From Candidatus Krumholzibacteriia bacterium (GTDB lineage: Bacteria > Krumholzibacteriota > Krumholzibacteriia > Krumholzibacteriales > Krumholzibacteriaceae), in the NCBI GenBank assembly GCA_963770685.1, contig CAVYQN010000008.1, positions 22,447 through 86,446 on the forward strand: a stretch of DNA of 64,000 nucleotides, given 5' to 3'. A program made the translations under genes and the position numbers. Of the stretch, positions 32,792 to 42,415 are shown one piece after another (within the stretch, counting starts at the first letter, position 1; each line of letters begins with the position of its first letter). A model generated the notes under the pieces. It saw only the letters and a program-made list of their open reading frames with translations. It was not told the origin of the DNA and did no database searches.

Positions 32792-33784
32792 TTGATGGAA
32801 GAAACAAGGGCGCTCCGCGACGATGACCTCGACGAGACGGGGGAATTCATCTTCTCCGTCTCGTGGTCAACCGTACTAGCCGCCGCCGCGGGGCTCAAGC
32901 CGACGACGAGGACGGGGATCTATTTCGCGGCGTCGCGCATCCTCTCCCTGCTTCGAAGCGGGGAGATGGGCGGGATAGCGCACACCTCCGGCGGGGCGAT
33001 CGACGGGCTCATCCTCTGGCAGGAGCTTCCCTGGGATACCGAAGTGACCAAAGCCCGGTGCGCCAGGATAGTGATGGCCGCCGGGCGGGGCCTTCCCGCG
33101 ATGTTAGAGATGTGGAACGCCGAGGCGGCGCGGCGCGGGGTGGAATACACGACGATGAGAATCCCCGAGGGCCATTCGGCGGCGCTCGAAAAAGGGGATC
33201 TTCTCGCCTCGGCGGGTTTCGGGAAGCTCGAGAGGATCATTTACCTTTCGGCCTTCACCGGGATCGATCCGAAGGCGCAGATCAGGCAGGACGCGCCGGT
33301 GAAGCTCAGGAAGGCCGTGAAGGAGGACATAGAGGAAATAGGCGCGATGGCGGCCCGGTCCTACAGTTACGACAGGTTTCACAAGGACTCCTTTTTCAGC
33401 CGCGAGGCCGCCGACGCGGTCCACGTGAAATGGATCAGGGACAGTTTCGCCGGGAGGGCAGACGCGATACTCGTCGCGACCGGCGAAGAGGGGGCGATAG
33501 AAGGGTACTGCACCTGCATGCTTCCCAAGGGGCCCGAATCGTTCTCGGGATGGATCGACATGCTTGCCGTGGATTCGGGCCGGAGGCACCTCGGGATCGG
33601 GGAGGCGCTGATGCGGGGGGCGCTGGCGTACATCCACGACGCCGGGGTGCTGTCTGCGGCCCTCTGCACGCAGGACGACAACAAGCCGGGCCTCAGCCTC
33701 TACCAGAAGACGGGATTCGACCAGTACCTTACGGCGATAACCTGGCGGAAGGAACACCATCCCGATGGCCCGATTTTCCGCTGA
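32792..33784 (+). CDS. GNAT acetyltransferase, WecD/dTDP-fucosamine acetyltransferase-like
   Basis: LPWDT, DRFHKD...HVKWI, IDMLAVD...RHLGIG, TQDDN....LYQKTGF. Confidence 0.82.
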   Translation: MMEETRALRDDDLDETGEFIFSVSWSTVLAAAAGLKPTTRTGIYFAASRILSLLRSGEMGGIAHTSGGAIDGLILWQELPWDTEVTKARCARIVMAAGRGLPAMLEMWNAEAARRGVEYTTMRIPEGHSAALEKGDLLASAGFGKLERIIYLSAFTGIDPKAQIRQDAPVKLRKAVKEDIEEIGAMAARSYSYDRFHKDSFFSREAADAVHVKWIRDSFAGRADAILVATGEEGAIEGYCTCMLPKGPESFSGWIDMLAVDSGRRHLGIGEALMRGALAYIHDAGVLSAALCTQDDNKPGLSLYQKTGFDQYLTAITWRKEHHPDGPIFR

Positions 33785-34586
33785 ATTGATATACAGGATC
33801 GACAGGATCTTCCGGCGGCCCCGCGTCGAGGGGCGAGAGTCCGCGCTCGCCTATTCGGAGTGGGAGTACCGGACCGGCATGGCCCTCGTCGAAAAATATT
33901 CGAAATATTTCGGGCGGATCGAAGGCGCGAGGCTTCTCGACATAGGGTGCGGCCTCGGCGGAAAGACCGTCGTTTACGGCGAAAAGGGCGCCCTGGTGAC
34001 GGGGGTCGACATCGATCCGCAAAATTGCGGGGGCGCCGTCTCGTTCGCCGGCGCGAGGGGGCGCCGGATCGACGTCGTGTGCGGCGACGCGCGGGCCCTT
34101 CCCTTCCGCGACGGCTCGTTCGATTTCGTCGTCGCGAACGATTCCATGGAGCATTTTTCGGATCCCTCAAAGGCGCTCGGGGAGATCGCGCGCGTCACGA
34201 GGAAGGGCGGTTCCATCTTCGTCTTCTTCACTCCCTGGGGCTCCCCGCTCGGTTCGCACCTCTACGACCACATCAGGACCCCGTGGTGCCACCGCGTCTA
34301 CGGCGAGGGGCTGCTTCAGGAGCTGCTCGAGATCTCGCTGAGGGAAAAGGGGGCGGCGGACCCGGCGGCGGGGGCGGCGGAGATGATGAAGGGGTACAGG
34401 GAGGAGAACAACAGGATCGACGTCGCGGGGTACAGGCGGATTCTTAAAGGGATCAGCGGCATCGAGGTGGAATACAAGGAGCTGATCCCGCCGAAGTACC
34501 GTTTCCTCGCTCCCCTCGCGGGGATCCCGCGCCTCGGGGAATATTTCACCGGAACGGTCGTCTCAATTCTGCGTAAAACAGTTTAG
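33765..34586 (+). CDS. Class I SAM-dependent methyltransferase
   Basis: LLDIGCGLGG, GVDID, GDARALPF...FD, DSMEH, PWGSPLGSHL. Confidence 0.9.
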   Translation: MARFSAELIYRIDRIFRRPRVEGRESALAYSEWEYRTGMALVEKYSKYFGRIEGARLLDIGCGLGGKTVVYGEKGALVTGVDIDPQNCGGAVSFAGARGRRIDVVCGDARALPFRDGSFDFVVANDSMEHFSDPSKALGEIARVTRKGGSIFVFFTPWGSPLGSHLYDHIRTPWCHRVYGEGLLQELLEISLREKGAADPAAGAAEMMKGYREENNRIDVAGYRRILKGISGIEVEYKELIPPKYRFLAPLAGIPRLGEYFTGTVVSILRKTV

Positions 34587-34726
34587 TCCCCGGTGCGGAG
34601 CCCCCCGTTTTCCCGGGGCCGGGGGGGGCCCGCCTTCTATTCACCTTGACGCGCCCGGGAAAACTCGTGTAATTTCATGCGGTGTCCATACGATGTACAG
34701 GCGATGAAGAGAGGAACGGGTCGGGA

Positions 34727-35923
34727 ATGATCGATAGAAAAATCCTGCTGATTGCCCCGCTCGCGCTGGCGCTGGGCCTTTCCTGCTGCAGTTCGGATCC
34801 GGAAGGCCCCGTCATGTCGGTATTCGCCGACGGGGGCCCCTACACCCCGCGCGCCGGTGAGACGGTCCGCCATGTCGACACCCTGAGCGCCGTGTCGGTC
34901 TTCAACGTGCCCATCGGTATCGGGGAGAGCAGCTTCCTGAGGCTCGGGGAGACCGAGGGGATCAGGTTCGAATCGATCCTGATGAAATTCGACTTCGATT
35001 CCCTGGAATATTTCTCGGGCAAAACGGTGGATTCGGTTTACATAGTCTTCCCGGTGAGGATAGTGCAGGACGCCGATTTCGAGCTGGAGATCGTCATGAA
35101 CGAGCTTCTCGTGGGTTTCTCAGAGGACGACACGATCACGGCGACGCCGCCATTCTCGGGCGAGGCGATACGGGGCGCGGCCGGTGAGACGGCGAGGAAG
35201 ATCGATTTCGAGACGGCGGCCTTCAGCCTTGACGAATCGATGGGCCAGGGCTGGATCGACCAGGCGGCCGAGCCATGGCCACTCGGGATCGTCGTCAGGT
35301 GGAACTCCGAACCCGATCCGATGGGCATCGTGGAGATGTATTCGCGTAATTACGGTTCGAATCCCCCCGTGATCAATGTCTCCTTCACCGACGGCTCCAA
35401 TACCGTCTTCCCCGCTTCGGAGGATTACAACGTGGCGTCGCATGTGGGGAGCGGCCTCGCCTGCGTCGGCGGCGTCGCGACGAGGATTTATTTCGAGTTC
35501 GATCTTGCCGGCATAGACGAGGACGCGATGGTGAACTATTCCGCGCTCGTCCTTCATACGGACGGAGGAGGGGGGCTCGGGGCGTCGGCGATAGAGCTGG
35601 AGAGCAGTTTCACGACCGACTTCATCTATTACCTCTACGCGCCCGGCACCGGCGACATGCTAGATCCGGAGTTTCTCTCGGGGACCGGGGTGGCCGCCGG
35701 CAGTTTCGTCCCGACCGTTTCCGAAGAGGTGAGGATCCCGCTCGCGGGATTCACACGGGACCTCCTCGCGGGCGCGAGGGAGAACCTGGGGCTCGTGCTC
35801 CAGTCCGACCTGGAAGCGGTCCGTTACCAGAAGGCGCTCTTTTACGGCATCGCGTCGGGCGATTCCCTGAGGCCGTATATCGAGGTAATCTATTCACTGC
35901 CCGCCGATTTTACCGGAGAATAA
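34727..35923 (+). CDS. Hypothetical lipoprotein (DUF4270-like)
   Basis: Lipobox LGLSC; acidic beta-rich protein ending in RPYIEVIYS. Confidence 0.7.
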   Translation: MIDRKILLIAPLALALGLSCCSSDPEGPVMSVFADGGPYTPRAGETVRHVDTLSAVSVFNVPIGIGESSFLRLGETEGIRFESILMKFDFDSLEYFSGKTVDSVYIVFPVRIVQDADFELEIVMNELLVGFSEDDTITATPPFSGEAIRGAAGETARKIDFETAAFSLDESMGQGWIDQAAEPWPLGIVVRWNSEPDPMGIVEMYSRNYGSNPPVINVSFTDGSNTVFPASEDYNVASHVGSGLACVGGVATRIYFEFDLAGIDEDAMVNYSALVLHTDGGGGLGASAIELESSFTTDFIYYLYAPGTGDMLDPEFLSGTGVAAGSFVPTVSEEVRIPLAGFTRDLLAGARENLGLVLQSDLEAVRYQKALFYGIASGDSLRPYIEVIYSLPADFTGE

Positions 35924-37138
35924 ATGAAAACCAAAATAACAGGGATCTCGGCCGTTTTCAGCATCGCCCTTCTCGCCTGCCCGTGGCAGGCGCTCGCGCA
36001 GTCGGTGTTCGGGCTCAACTTCATCGGCGAGCACAACAACGCGGGAGGGGCGCGTTACTCCGCGATCGGGTGGTCGGGGATCGCGGTGCCGGACACGAGC
36101 GGCGCCCTGACGATGAATCCCGCCTCGCTCGCCGGGCTCCGCGCCTTCACCTTTTCCCTCTACGAAGTGACGAGCATGAGCAGGGTCAATACGGTCGACC
36201 GGACCTCCGACCAGACGCGTTATCAGCTCCCGTCGGCCATGGCGGCCTTCCCCGTCTCGAGGGGGCTCGTCCTCGGGATCGGGTACCGGACCCGTTTCTC
36301 GGGAAAGGCAGAGTTCAGCTACCCCGCCGATGTCGATTTCACGCCGGCGCCGGAGGAACTGTATAAGTTTCACAGCTCCCTTTTCTCAGTGCCTTTCACC
36401 GTCGCGTGGGCGCCCCTCGAATGGCTCAGCGTCTCCGCGTCGGCGCAGCTCGAGAAAGGCTCCATAAAGGACGAGATATATTCCTCATTCGACGACATTG
36501 CGTACAAGGACACGCAGTCGATAAGGACGAGGGGCTTCTCCGGGACCTCCTGGTCGGCTTCCGCACTCGTCAGGGCCCATCCGAGGCTCTGGCTCGGGGC
36601 GTCATTCGACGAGGCGGTGGATTATTCCGTGGAGGAGACGATCAAGTACACCCTCGAGCGGCTCGACACCCGCGCCACGTACGATTTCACCCTGCCGGCG
36701 GCCTGGAGCCTGGGCGCGGCCTTCGGTATCAGCGAGAGATGGTGGGCGACGTCGTCCTTCTGGATGCGCGGCGCCCCTGGGACCGAAGGGTTCAGCCAGT
36801 TCGAAGGCTCACTCGGCGACGAGACAGTCGTTTCGTTCGGGGTCGAGAGAAGGGGGAGCGCCGAAGGCCACAGTTGGGGCAGGATGCCGCTGCGCCTCGG
36901 TTATTACGAGGACCGCTGGCACGTCGAGATTCCGGATGGAAGCCGCGTCGTCTCGAGATTTTTCAGCGTCGGCTCCGGTTTCGGCATGCCTGGGGGCCCC
37001 GGAGGCATCGATGTCACGCTCGAATTCGGGAAGATCGGATCGGTATCCGACAATGCGATCGACGAAAAGGTCTTCCGCGTGGGGATCGGCATGAGCCTTT
37101 CCGAGAAGTGGACGAAGAGAAGGGTGGAGAGGCACTGA
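35924..37138 (+). CDS. Outer-membrane beta-barrel protein (FadL/OmpP1-like)
   Basis: Signal peptide; GARYSAIG..GIA, NPASLA, LPAAWSLG, LRLGY; amphipathic strands. Confidence 0.8.
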   Translation: MKTKITGISAVFSIALLACPWQALAQSVFGLNFIGEHNNAGGARYSAIGWSGIAVPDTSGALTMNPASLAGLRAFTFSLYEVTSMSRVNTVDRTSDQTRYQLPSAMAAFPVSRGLVLGIGYRTRFSGKAEFSYPADVDFTPAPEELYKFHSSLFSVPFTVAWAPLEWLSVSASAQLEKGSIKDEIYSSFDDIAYKDTQSIRTRGFSGTSWSASALVRAHPRLWLGASFDEAVDYSVEETIKYTLERLDTRATYDFTLPAAWSLGAAFGISERWWATSSFWMRGAPGTEGFSQFEGSLGDETVVSFGVERRGSAEGHSWGRMPLRLGYYEDRWHVEIPDGSRVVSRFFSVGSGFGMPGGPGGIDVTLEFGKIGSVSDNAIDEKVFRVGIGMSLSEKWTKRRVERH

Positions 37139-37827
37139 TGGTTCGTTTCACCTGCATATCGAGGCGGGCCGCCGCGGCCGCGCTCGCACTGGCGATGATT
37201 GCCGCGGCCGCGAGCGCTCAGGAGAAGGGGCAGAGGGCGCCCACCCTCTCCGAGGAGCTTGGCGGCCTCCCGCCGGCGCCCCGCATAGCGTACCTCAGGC
37301 ACCTTATCGAGGAGGGGCGCGATGACGCCGAGGTCTTTTTCCAGATGGCGATAGCATTCCACGAAAGCTCGGCGCCCGATTCGGCGATAGCCTGGTACAA
37401 GCTGACCGTTAAAAAGGATCCGCAGCATTTCAAGTCGTACGTCAATCTCGGCGTCCTCTACGACGACCTGGGGAAGCCGGCCGAGGCGGAGATTTATTTC
37501 CGTTCGGCCGTGTCGGTGAAACCGGACGACGTTCTCGCCAACTCGCACCTCGCCTTCATACTGTTCCAGCAGAAGGACTACGAAACGGCCTGGAACCACC
37601 TCTCGAAGGCGCTCGAGGCCGGGCCGCGCAACCCGCAGCCGGTTTTCTACCTGGCGATCTTCTTCTTCGAAAGCAGGATGTACAGGGAAGCCCTGGTCGA
37701 ATGGGAGAAGGTCGTCGAGCTCGACCCGGGCGGCTATCTCGCCGCCAGGGCGAGGGAGAATATCGCAATGCTTCAGGGCGCCCTCAATTCCCCCGCGCCC
37801 TCGGGCGACTGGCAGCCTAAAAGATAG
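37138..37827 (+). CDS. Secreted TPR protein
   Basis: Signal peptide; TPR repeats (SYVNLGVLY, EWEKVVELDP). Confidence 0.85.
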   Translation: MVRFTCISRRAAAAALALAMIAAAASAQEKGQRAPTLSEELGGLPPAPRIAYLRHLIEEGRDDAEVFFQMAIAFHESSAPDSAIAWYKLTVKKDPQHFKSYVNLGVLYDDLGKPAEAEIYFRSAVSVKPDDVLANSHLAFILFQQKDYETAWNHLSKALEAGPRNPQPVFYLAIFFFESRMYREALVEWEKVVELDPGGYLAARARENIAMLQGALNSPAPSGDWQPKR

Positions 37828-37941
37828 AATGACGCGCGGCCGCGTCGAGCGCGCCGGCATATTTCACGGCCCACACGAAAAGCCGCCCCTCTTTCAAGGC
37901 CCGCCTGAAGAGCCGTTTCCTCCGCCCCCGGCAACTTGCGC

Positions 37942-37970
37942 TTGACACCCGGAAAGCTCCCTAATAGATT
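37942..37970 (+). promoter_or_regulatory. Putative sigma70 promoter
   Basis: TTGACA, 17-nt spacer, TAGATT. Confidence 0.55.
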
Positions 37971-38031
37971 AAAACCAGGCAAGGAAAGACGAACGGAAGA
38001 TCAACCGGAACGGAAACGAAAGGAAGTAAAG

Positions 38032-39198
38032 ATGAGAAAGGTTTTTTCATCGATCCTGGCTCTCGGTGTTTTACTGTACGTTGGGTGCGGACCGACGTCC
38101 GGTAGCGGCGTCAATACGAACGCCGATCCCGCGGCGTCGGCGGGCGGCGGGAACATGACAAACTCGCAGGGCTTCAATCTCGGCCCGGCCGAGATAGCCT
38201 ACCAGTCGGCCCAGCAGTTTCTCTCGGCCGGCAAGTACGACGAGGCGATTTCCCACCTTCAGGACGCGGTGTCGATAAAACCCGGGTACCTCGAGGCTTG
38301 GTCCCAGCTCGGATCGGCATATTCGAACCGCCAGAGCTACGACAAGGGGATCGAGGCCTATCTCAAGGCGCTCGAGCTTTCCCCCGGCGACGAAGGCCTG
38401 ATAAGCGCCGTCGGTTACAATTACCTTCGCATGGAGAACTGGGACAAGGCCGACGAATATTTCAAGATGCTTCTCGAGAAGGATCCGAATCACTACAACG
38501 GTAACGTCAACCTCGCCTTCATAGCCCAGCGGCGCGACAAGCCCGAAGAGGCGATCGTCTACTACGAGACGGCGCTCCTCACCAACCCGGCGGACGCGAC
38601 GACTATGGGGACCCTCTCGGACCTTTACGATAATCTAGGCAACAAGGACAAGAAATACGACTACCTGCATCGAGCCATAGCGGCGGACTCGACCAACCAC
38701 GAGTTCAAGAAAAAGCTGGCGAAGGCCTATTTCAACGACAAGAAATACGCCGAGGCGGTGCCGCTTTACGAGGAACTCGCGGCGATCTATCCGGAAACGG
38801 CCGATTACCACCAGAGGCTCGGCTACTCATACTCACAGAGCGGGCGCGAGAAGGAAGCTCCGGCCGAGCTCGAGAAGGCGATAACCTTAAACGGCGGCGA
38901 CGCCTTCACATTCGCCATACTTTCGAAGATCTACAACGACAACAACAGCTTCTCGAAGGCGATGGAAGCGGCCCAGGCGGGCCTGAAGCTGAACGGCGGG
39001 CAGGAGGCTATCCTCTACTACCAGTGGGGATGGGCTCTTTCCAAGCTTGATAATTACGAGGAAGCCATGGTAAAATTCCAGAAAGTTGTCGGCCTCAACG
39101 ATCCCAACTGGTCGGCCAACGCGGCCAAGCAGGTGACGAGGCAGGAGCAGCTGATAAAGAGAAGGGAAGCCGAAAAGGAAAAGGCGAAGTACGAGTAA
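38032..39198 (+). CDS. TPR lipoprotein
   Basis: Lipobox YVGC; multiple tandem TPRs. Confidence 0.88.
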   Translation: MRKVFSSILALGVLLYVGCGPTSGSGVNTNADPAASAGGGNMTNSQGFNLGPAEIAYQSAQQFLSAGKYDEAISHLQDAVSIKPGYLEAWSQLGSAYSNRQSYDKGIEAYLKALELSPGDEGLISAVGYNYLRMENWDKADEYFKMLLEKDPNHYNGNVNLAFIAQRRDKPEEAIVYYETALLTNPADATTMGTLSDLYDNLGNKDKKYDYLHRAIAADSTNHEFKKKLAKAYFNDKKYAEAVPLYEELAAIYPETADYHQRLGYSYSQSGREKEAPAELEKAITLNGGDAFTFAILSKIYNDNNSFSKAMEAAQAGLKLNGGQEAILYYQWGWALSKLDNYEEAMVKFQKVVGLNDPNWSANAAKQVTRQEQLIKRREAEKEKAKYE

Positions 39199-39237
39199 CA
39201 TCCGTTCAGCGACAGTAACTGCATCAGTTTTTTCTTC

Positions 39238-39267
39238 GAGCCTCCCCGGCTGCCGGGGAGGCTTTTA
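39238..39267 (+). terminator. Rho-independent terminator
   Basis: GAGCCTCCCCGG-ctg-CCGGGGAGGCTTTT. Confidence 0.75.
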
Positions 39268-39336
39268 ATTTCAGGGCGGGATGAAAGGAGCCGCCCCGGT
39301 GGAAAGGGGTTCTTAAAGTACAAGGGGGGTACTCTT

Positions 39337-39912
39337 ATGATCCTTGGGAATGATACTCCGGCGAGAGGCGGGATCCGCGCGCTGCCGCTAGCGGTCCTGG
39401 TTTCTCTTCTCCTCGCGGCCGGCGCCGCGGCGCAGGACAGCACGGGTGCGCAGGCCGCTTCTCCCGGGGCGACCGAGGAAGCGGCAGGAGGCGGGCCGAG
39501 GGTCGCGATAATCCTCGATGAGGACGCCAGGATCGTGATTGAAACACTTCCGCAGGACGCCCCGAAGGCGGTGGAGCGTTTCCTCGAGCTCGTCGAGGAC
39601 GGGTTTTATGACGGTATCCGTTTTCATCGCGTCGAGGAATTCCTCGTGCAGGCGGGGAAGAAGGACCACGAGTATCCGGGGGTCGAAGGGGAGATGTTCG
39701 ACCAGAAGCTCACGCACGAGCCCGGGATGGTCGGCCTGGCGAGGCTCCCGGACGATTACGATTCCGGCACCACCCAGTTTTACATCGTCAAGGAGCACAA
39801 GCCGAATTTCAACGGGGAGTACACCCTCTTCGGCAGGGTTGTTGAGGGGATGGAACTGGTCGGCGCGATAGAGAAGAACGACAAGATAAAGAGGATGGAG
39901 ATAGTCAGGTGA
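39337..39912 (+). CDS. Cyclophilin-type peptidyl-prolyl isomerase (exported)
   Basis: APKAVERF, GFYDGIRFHRV, GLAR, SGTTQFYI, YTLFGRVVEGME; signal peptide. Confidence 0.92.
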   Translation: MILGNDTPARGGIRALPLAVLVSLLLAAGAAAQDSTGAQAASPGATEEAAGGGPRVAIILDEDARIVIETLPQDAPKAVERFLELVEDGFYDGIRFHRVEEFLVQAGKKDHEYPGVEGEMFDQKLTHEPGMVGLARLPDDYDSGTTQFYIVKEHKPNFNGEYTLFGRVVEGMELVGAIEKNDKIKRMEIVR

Positions 39913-40057
39913 CGCAGGGCGCCTGCTCAACGTAAAGAGGATAGAGGCAGCCGGTCGCCGCGGGCCCCGGCTCCTTTCCAGCCCGTCATTAAGGCTTGAC
40001 CCGCCGGGCGACAAATGACATATATCGTTGAAACCGCCCGACGAAAGGTCATTGCCG

Positions 40058-41249
40058 ATGCATGATAGGGACGAGAAGGTAACGAGGGTATACTTCGACC
40101 ATAACGCCACGACAGGCGCGAGGCCCGAGGTGGTCGAGGCGATGCTCCCGTATTTCAACCGGCGTTTCGGAAACGCCAGCAGCCTCCACCTTTTCGGTCA
40201 GGAGGCGAGGAACGCGGTCGAGAAGGCGCGCTCCCAGGTCGCTTCGCTGATCGGCGCCGGGCCCGACGAGATAATTTTCACATCGGGGGGGACCGAGTCG
40301 GACAACCTCGCGATAAGAGGGGTCGTCGCGGCGAAGAGGATCCCGGCCCAAAGGCCCCACGTCATCACCTCGTCGATCGAGCATCCTGCCGTCATCCGCA
40401 CCTGCCGGGCCCTCGAGAAAGAGGGAGTCGACGTCACATTTCTTCCGGTGAATTCTCTCGGCGCCGTTTCAGCCGGGGAGGTCGGGGCAGCCGTCAGGCC
40501 CGAAACAATCCTGATATCGGTGATGCTCGCCAACAACGAGACCGGCGTTATTCAGCCGTCGGCGGCGATCGCGTCGATCGCGAGGCCGAAGGGAATCACC
40601 TTCCACGTCGATGCCGTGCAGGGGGCGGGAAAGATCCCGGTCGACGCCGCGGCCCTGGGAGCGGACCTGATGTCGATCTCGGCGCACAAATTTTACGGGC
40701 CGAAGGGGATCGGCGCCCTCTACATCAGGAGGGGAACCGGAATCGAGGCGGTCCTCACGGGGGGGCACCAGGAATCGGGGCTGAGGGCCGGCACGGAGAA
40801 CGTGCCTGCGATAGCGGGCTTCGGCGAGGCCTGCAGGATCAGCGCCGAGAGGCTTGGGGCGGAGATGCCGCATATCGCCCGCCTGAGGGACAGGATCGAG
40901 CGCGGTATAGTGTCGGGGATCCCCGACGTGGGGATCAACGGGGCGGGCGCCGAAAGGGTGCCCAACACGTGCAACGTGACCGTCAGGCGCGTGGAGGGGG
41001 AGGCGCTGACCCTCTATCTCAGCGTTCTCGGATTCGCCCTCTCGAGCGGGAGCGCCTGCGCCACCGGCGAGACCGACCCGAGCCACGTCCTCATCGCGAT
41101 GGGGCTCGATCCGGTCGACGCGCAGGGTAGCATCAGGATAAGCCTCGGCGCGGAGAGCACCGACGAAGAGGTGGACGCATTTCTCGAGGCTCTTGCCGCG
41201 CGTCGCGGCGCGACTTCGGGAGATGTCGCCCATCAGGGGAAAATGCTGA
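40058..41249 (+). CDS. iscS: Cysteine desulfurase, IscS/NifS family (frameshift near 41192)
   Basis: YFDHNATT, GNASSLH, FTSGGTESDN, IEHPAV, ANNETG, SAHKFYGPKG, SSGSAC; canonical end RLREMSP...* in a shifted frame. Confidence 0.92.
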
Positions 41250-42415
41250 ACGGCCCCGCCGCGGGACAGGTGCGCCAGTTGAGAAAATCAGACACATCGC
41301 GATTCGGCGTCGAACCGCCTGCAAGGCCGGGGGAGGGTGTCGTCCTCGGCATGAGCGGGGGGGTCGACAGCTCGACGGCGGCCCTTCTCCTTCGGGACGC
41401 GGGGTACTCCGTGGTCGGCGTCACATTCCGGTTTCATTGCCATGGCTGCGGCGGATGCCGCCTCGCGGAGGATCCGCATGTCGCAAGGGCTCGGTCGGTC
41501 TGCCGTTCTCTCGGGATAGAGCACATGGCGGTCGACGCCTCCGAATCCTTCAGCGGGAAGGTCGTCGAAGGCTTCGTCGGCGAGTACCGGCGCGGCAGGA
41601 CCCCAAACCCGTGCGTCATCTGCAACGAGATGGTGAAGTTCCCCTCGCTCGCCTCCGTGGCCGATTCGATCGGGGCGGCGATGATCGCGACGGGGCATTA
41701 CGCCCGCGCCGCGAGGGACGCCTCCGGGAAGGTCTGGCTCGAGAAGGGGGCGGACCCGTCCAAGGACCAGTCATATTTCCTCTACAGGGTGCCCGTGAGC
41801 CTCCTCGAGCGCTGCCTCTTCCCGCTCGGCGGGACCACCAAGCAGGAGGTGAGGAAGATCGCTTCGGCCGCGGGGCTTGCCCCGGGCGGCGGAGGGCTGG
41901 GCGCGGCGGAGCCGGGGGGAGGGGAGAGCCAGGACGTCTGCTTCATCCCGGACGGCGATCTCGCCGGCTTCCTCTCGTCGCGCATCGAGCCTCTTCCCGG
42001 CGAGGTGGTCGACGAGAGCGGGCGTGTGATCGGCTCGCACGAGGGGATCCACCGTTACACCGTCGGGCAGAGGAGGGGGCTCGGGATCTCCGGGGCCGCT
42101 CCCATGTACGTTCGCAGCATCGATACTGCGGCGAACAGGATCGTCCTTGCCGAAAACGAACGGCTCTTCTCGGGATCGGCGGCCTGCTTCCGCCTCAAGA
42201 TGAGGGTCAGGCGCCCCGCGCCTCCCCTGAAAGCGAAGATCCGCTTTCGCCACAATCCCGCCGCGGTCGCGAGCATCGGCGTCGAGGGAGGCGCATGCAA
42301 GGTTATTTTCGCCGAAAGGCAGCGGGCCGTCACGCCGGGGCAGTCTCTCGTCCTCTACGACGGGGCGAGGGTAGTCGGTGGCGGGATCATAACGGGGGGC
42401 GGGATGGACGAATGA
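41243..42415 (+). CDS. mnmA: tRNA 2-thiouridine synthase
   Basis: MSGGVDS, GRTPNPCVICN, ATGHYA, KDQSYFL, ESQDVCF, YTVGQRRGLG, AVTPGQ. Confidence 0.95.
   Translation: MLNGPAAGQVRQLRKSDTSRFGVEPPARPGEGVVLGMSGGVDSSTAALLLRDAGYSVVGVTFRFHCHGCGGCRLAEDPHVARARSVCRSLGIEHMAVDASESFSGKVVEGFVGEYRRGRTPNPCVICNEMVKFPSLASVADSIGAAMIATGHYARAARDASGKVWLEKGADPSKDQSYFLYRVPVSLLERCLFPLGGTTKQEVRKIASAAGLAPGGGGLGAAEPGGGESQDVCFIPDGDLAGFLSSRIEPLPGEVVDESGRVIGSHEGIHRYTVGQRRGLGISGAAPMYVRSIDTAANRIVLAENERLFSGSAACFRLKMRVRRPAPPLKAKIRFRHNPAAVASIGVEGGACKVIFAERQRAVTPGQSLVLYDGARVVGGGIITGGGMDE

Noticed and set aside
40028-42415. Apparent 795-aa IscS-MnmA fusion
   Set aside because: The canonical IscS end (RLREMSP...TGA at 41247-41249) is in another frame, so a single indel near 41192 explains the fusion.
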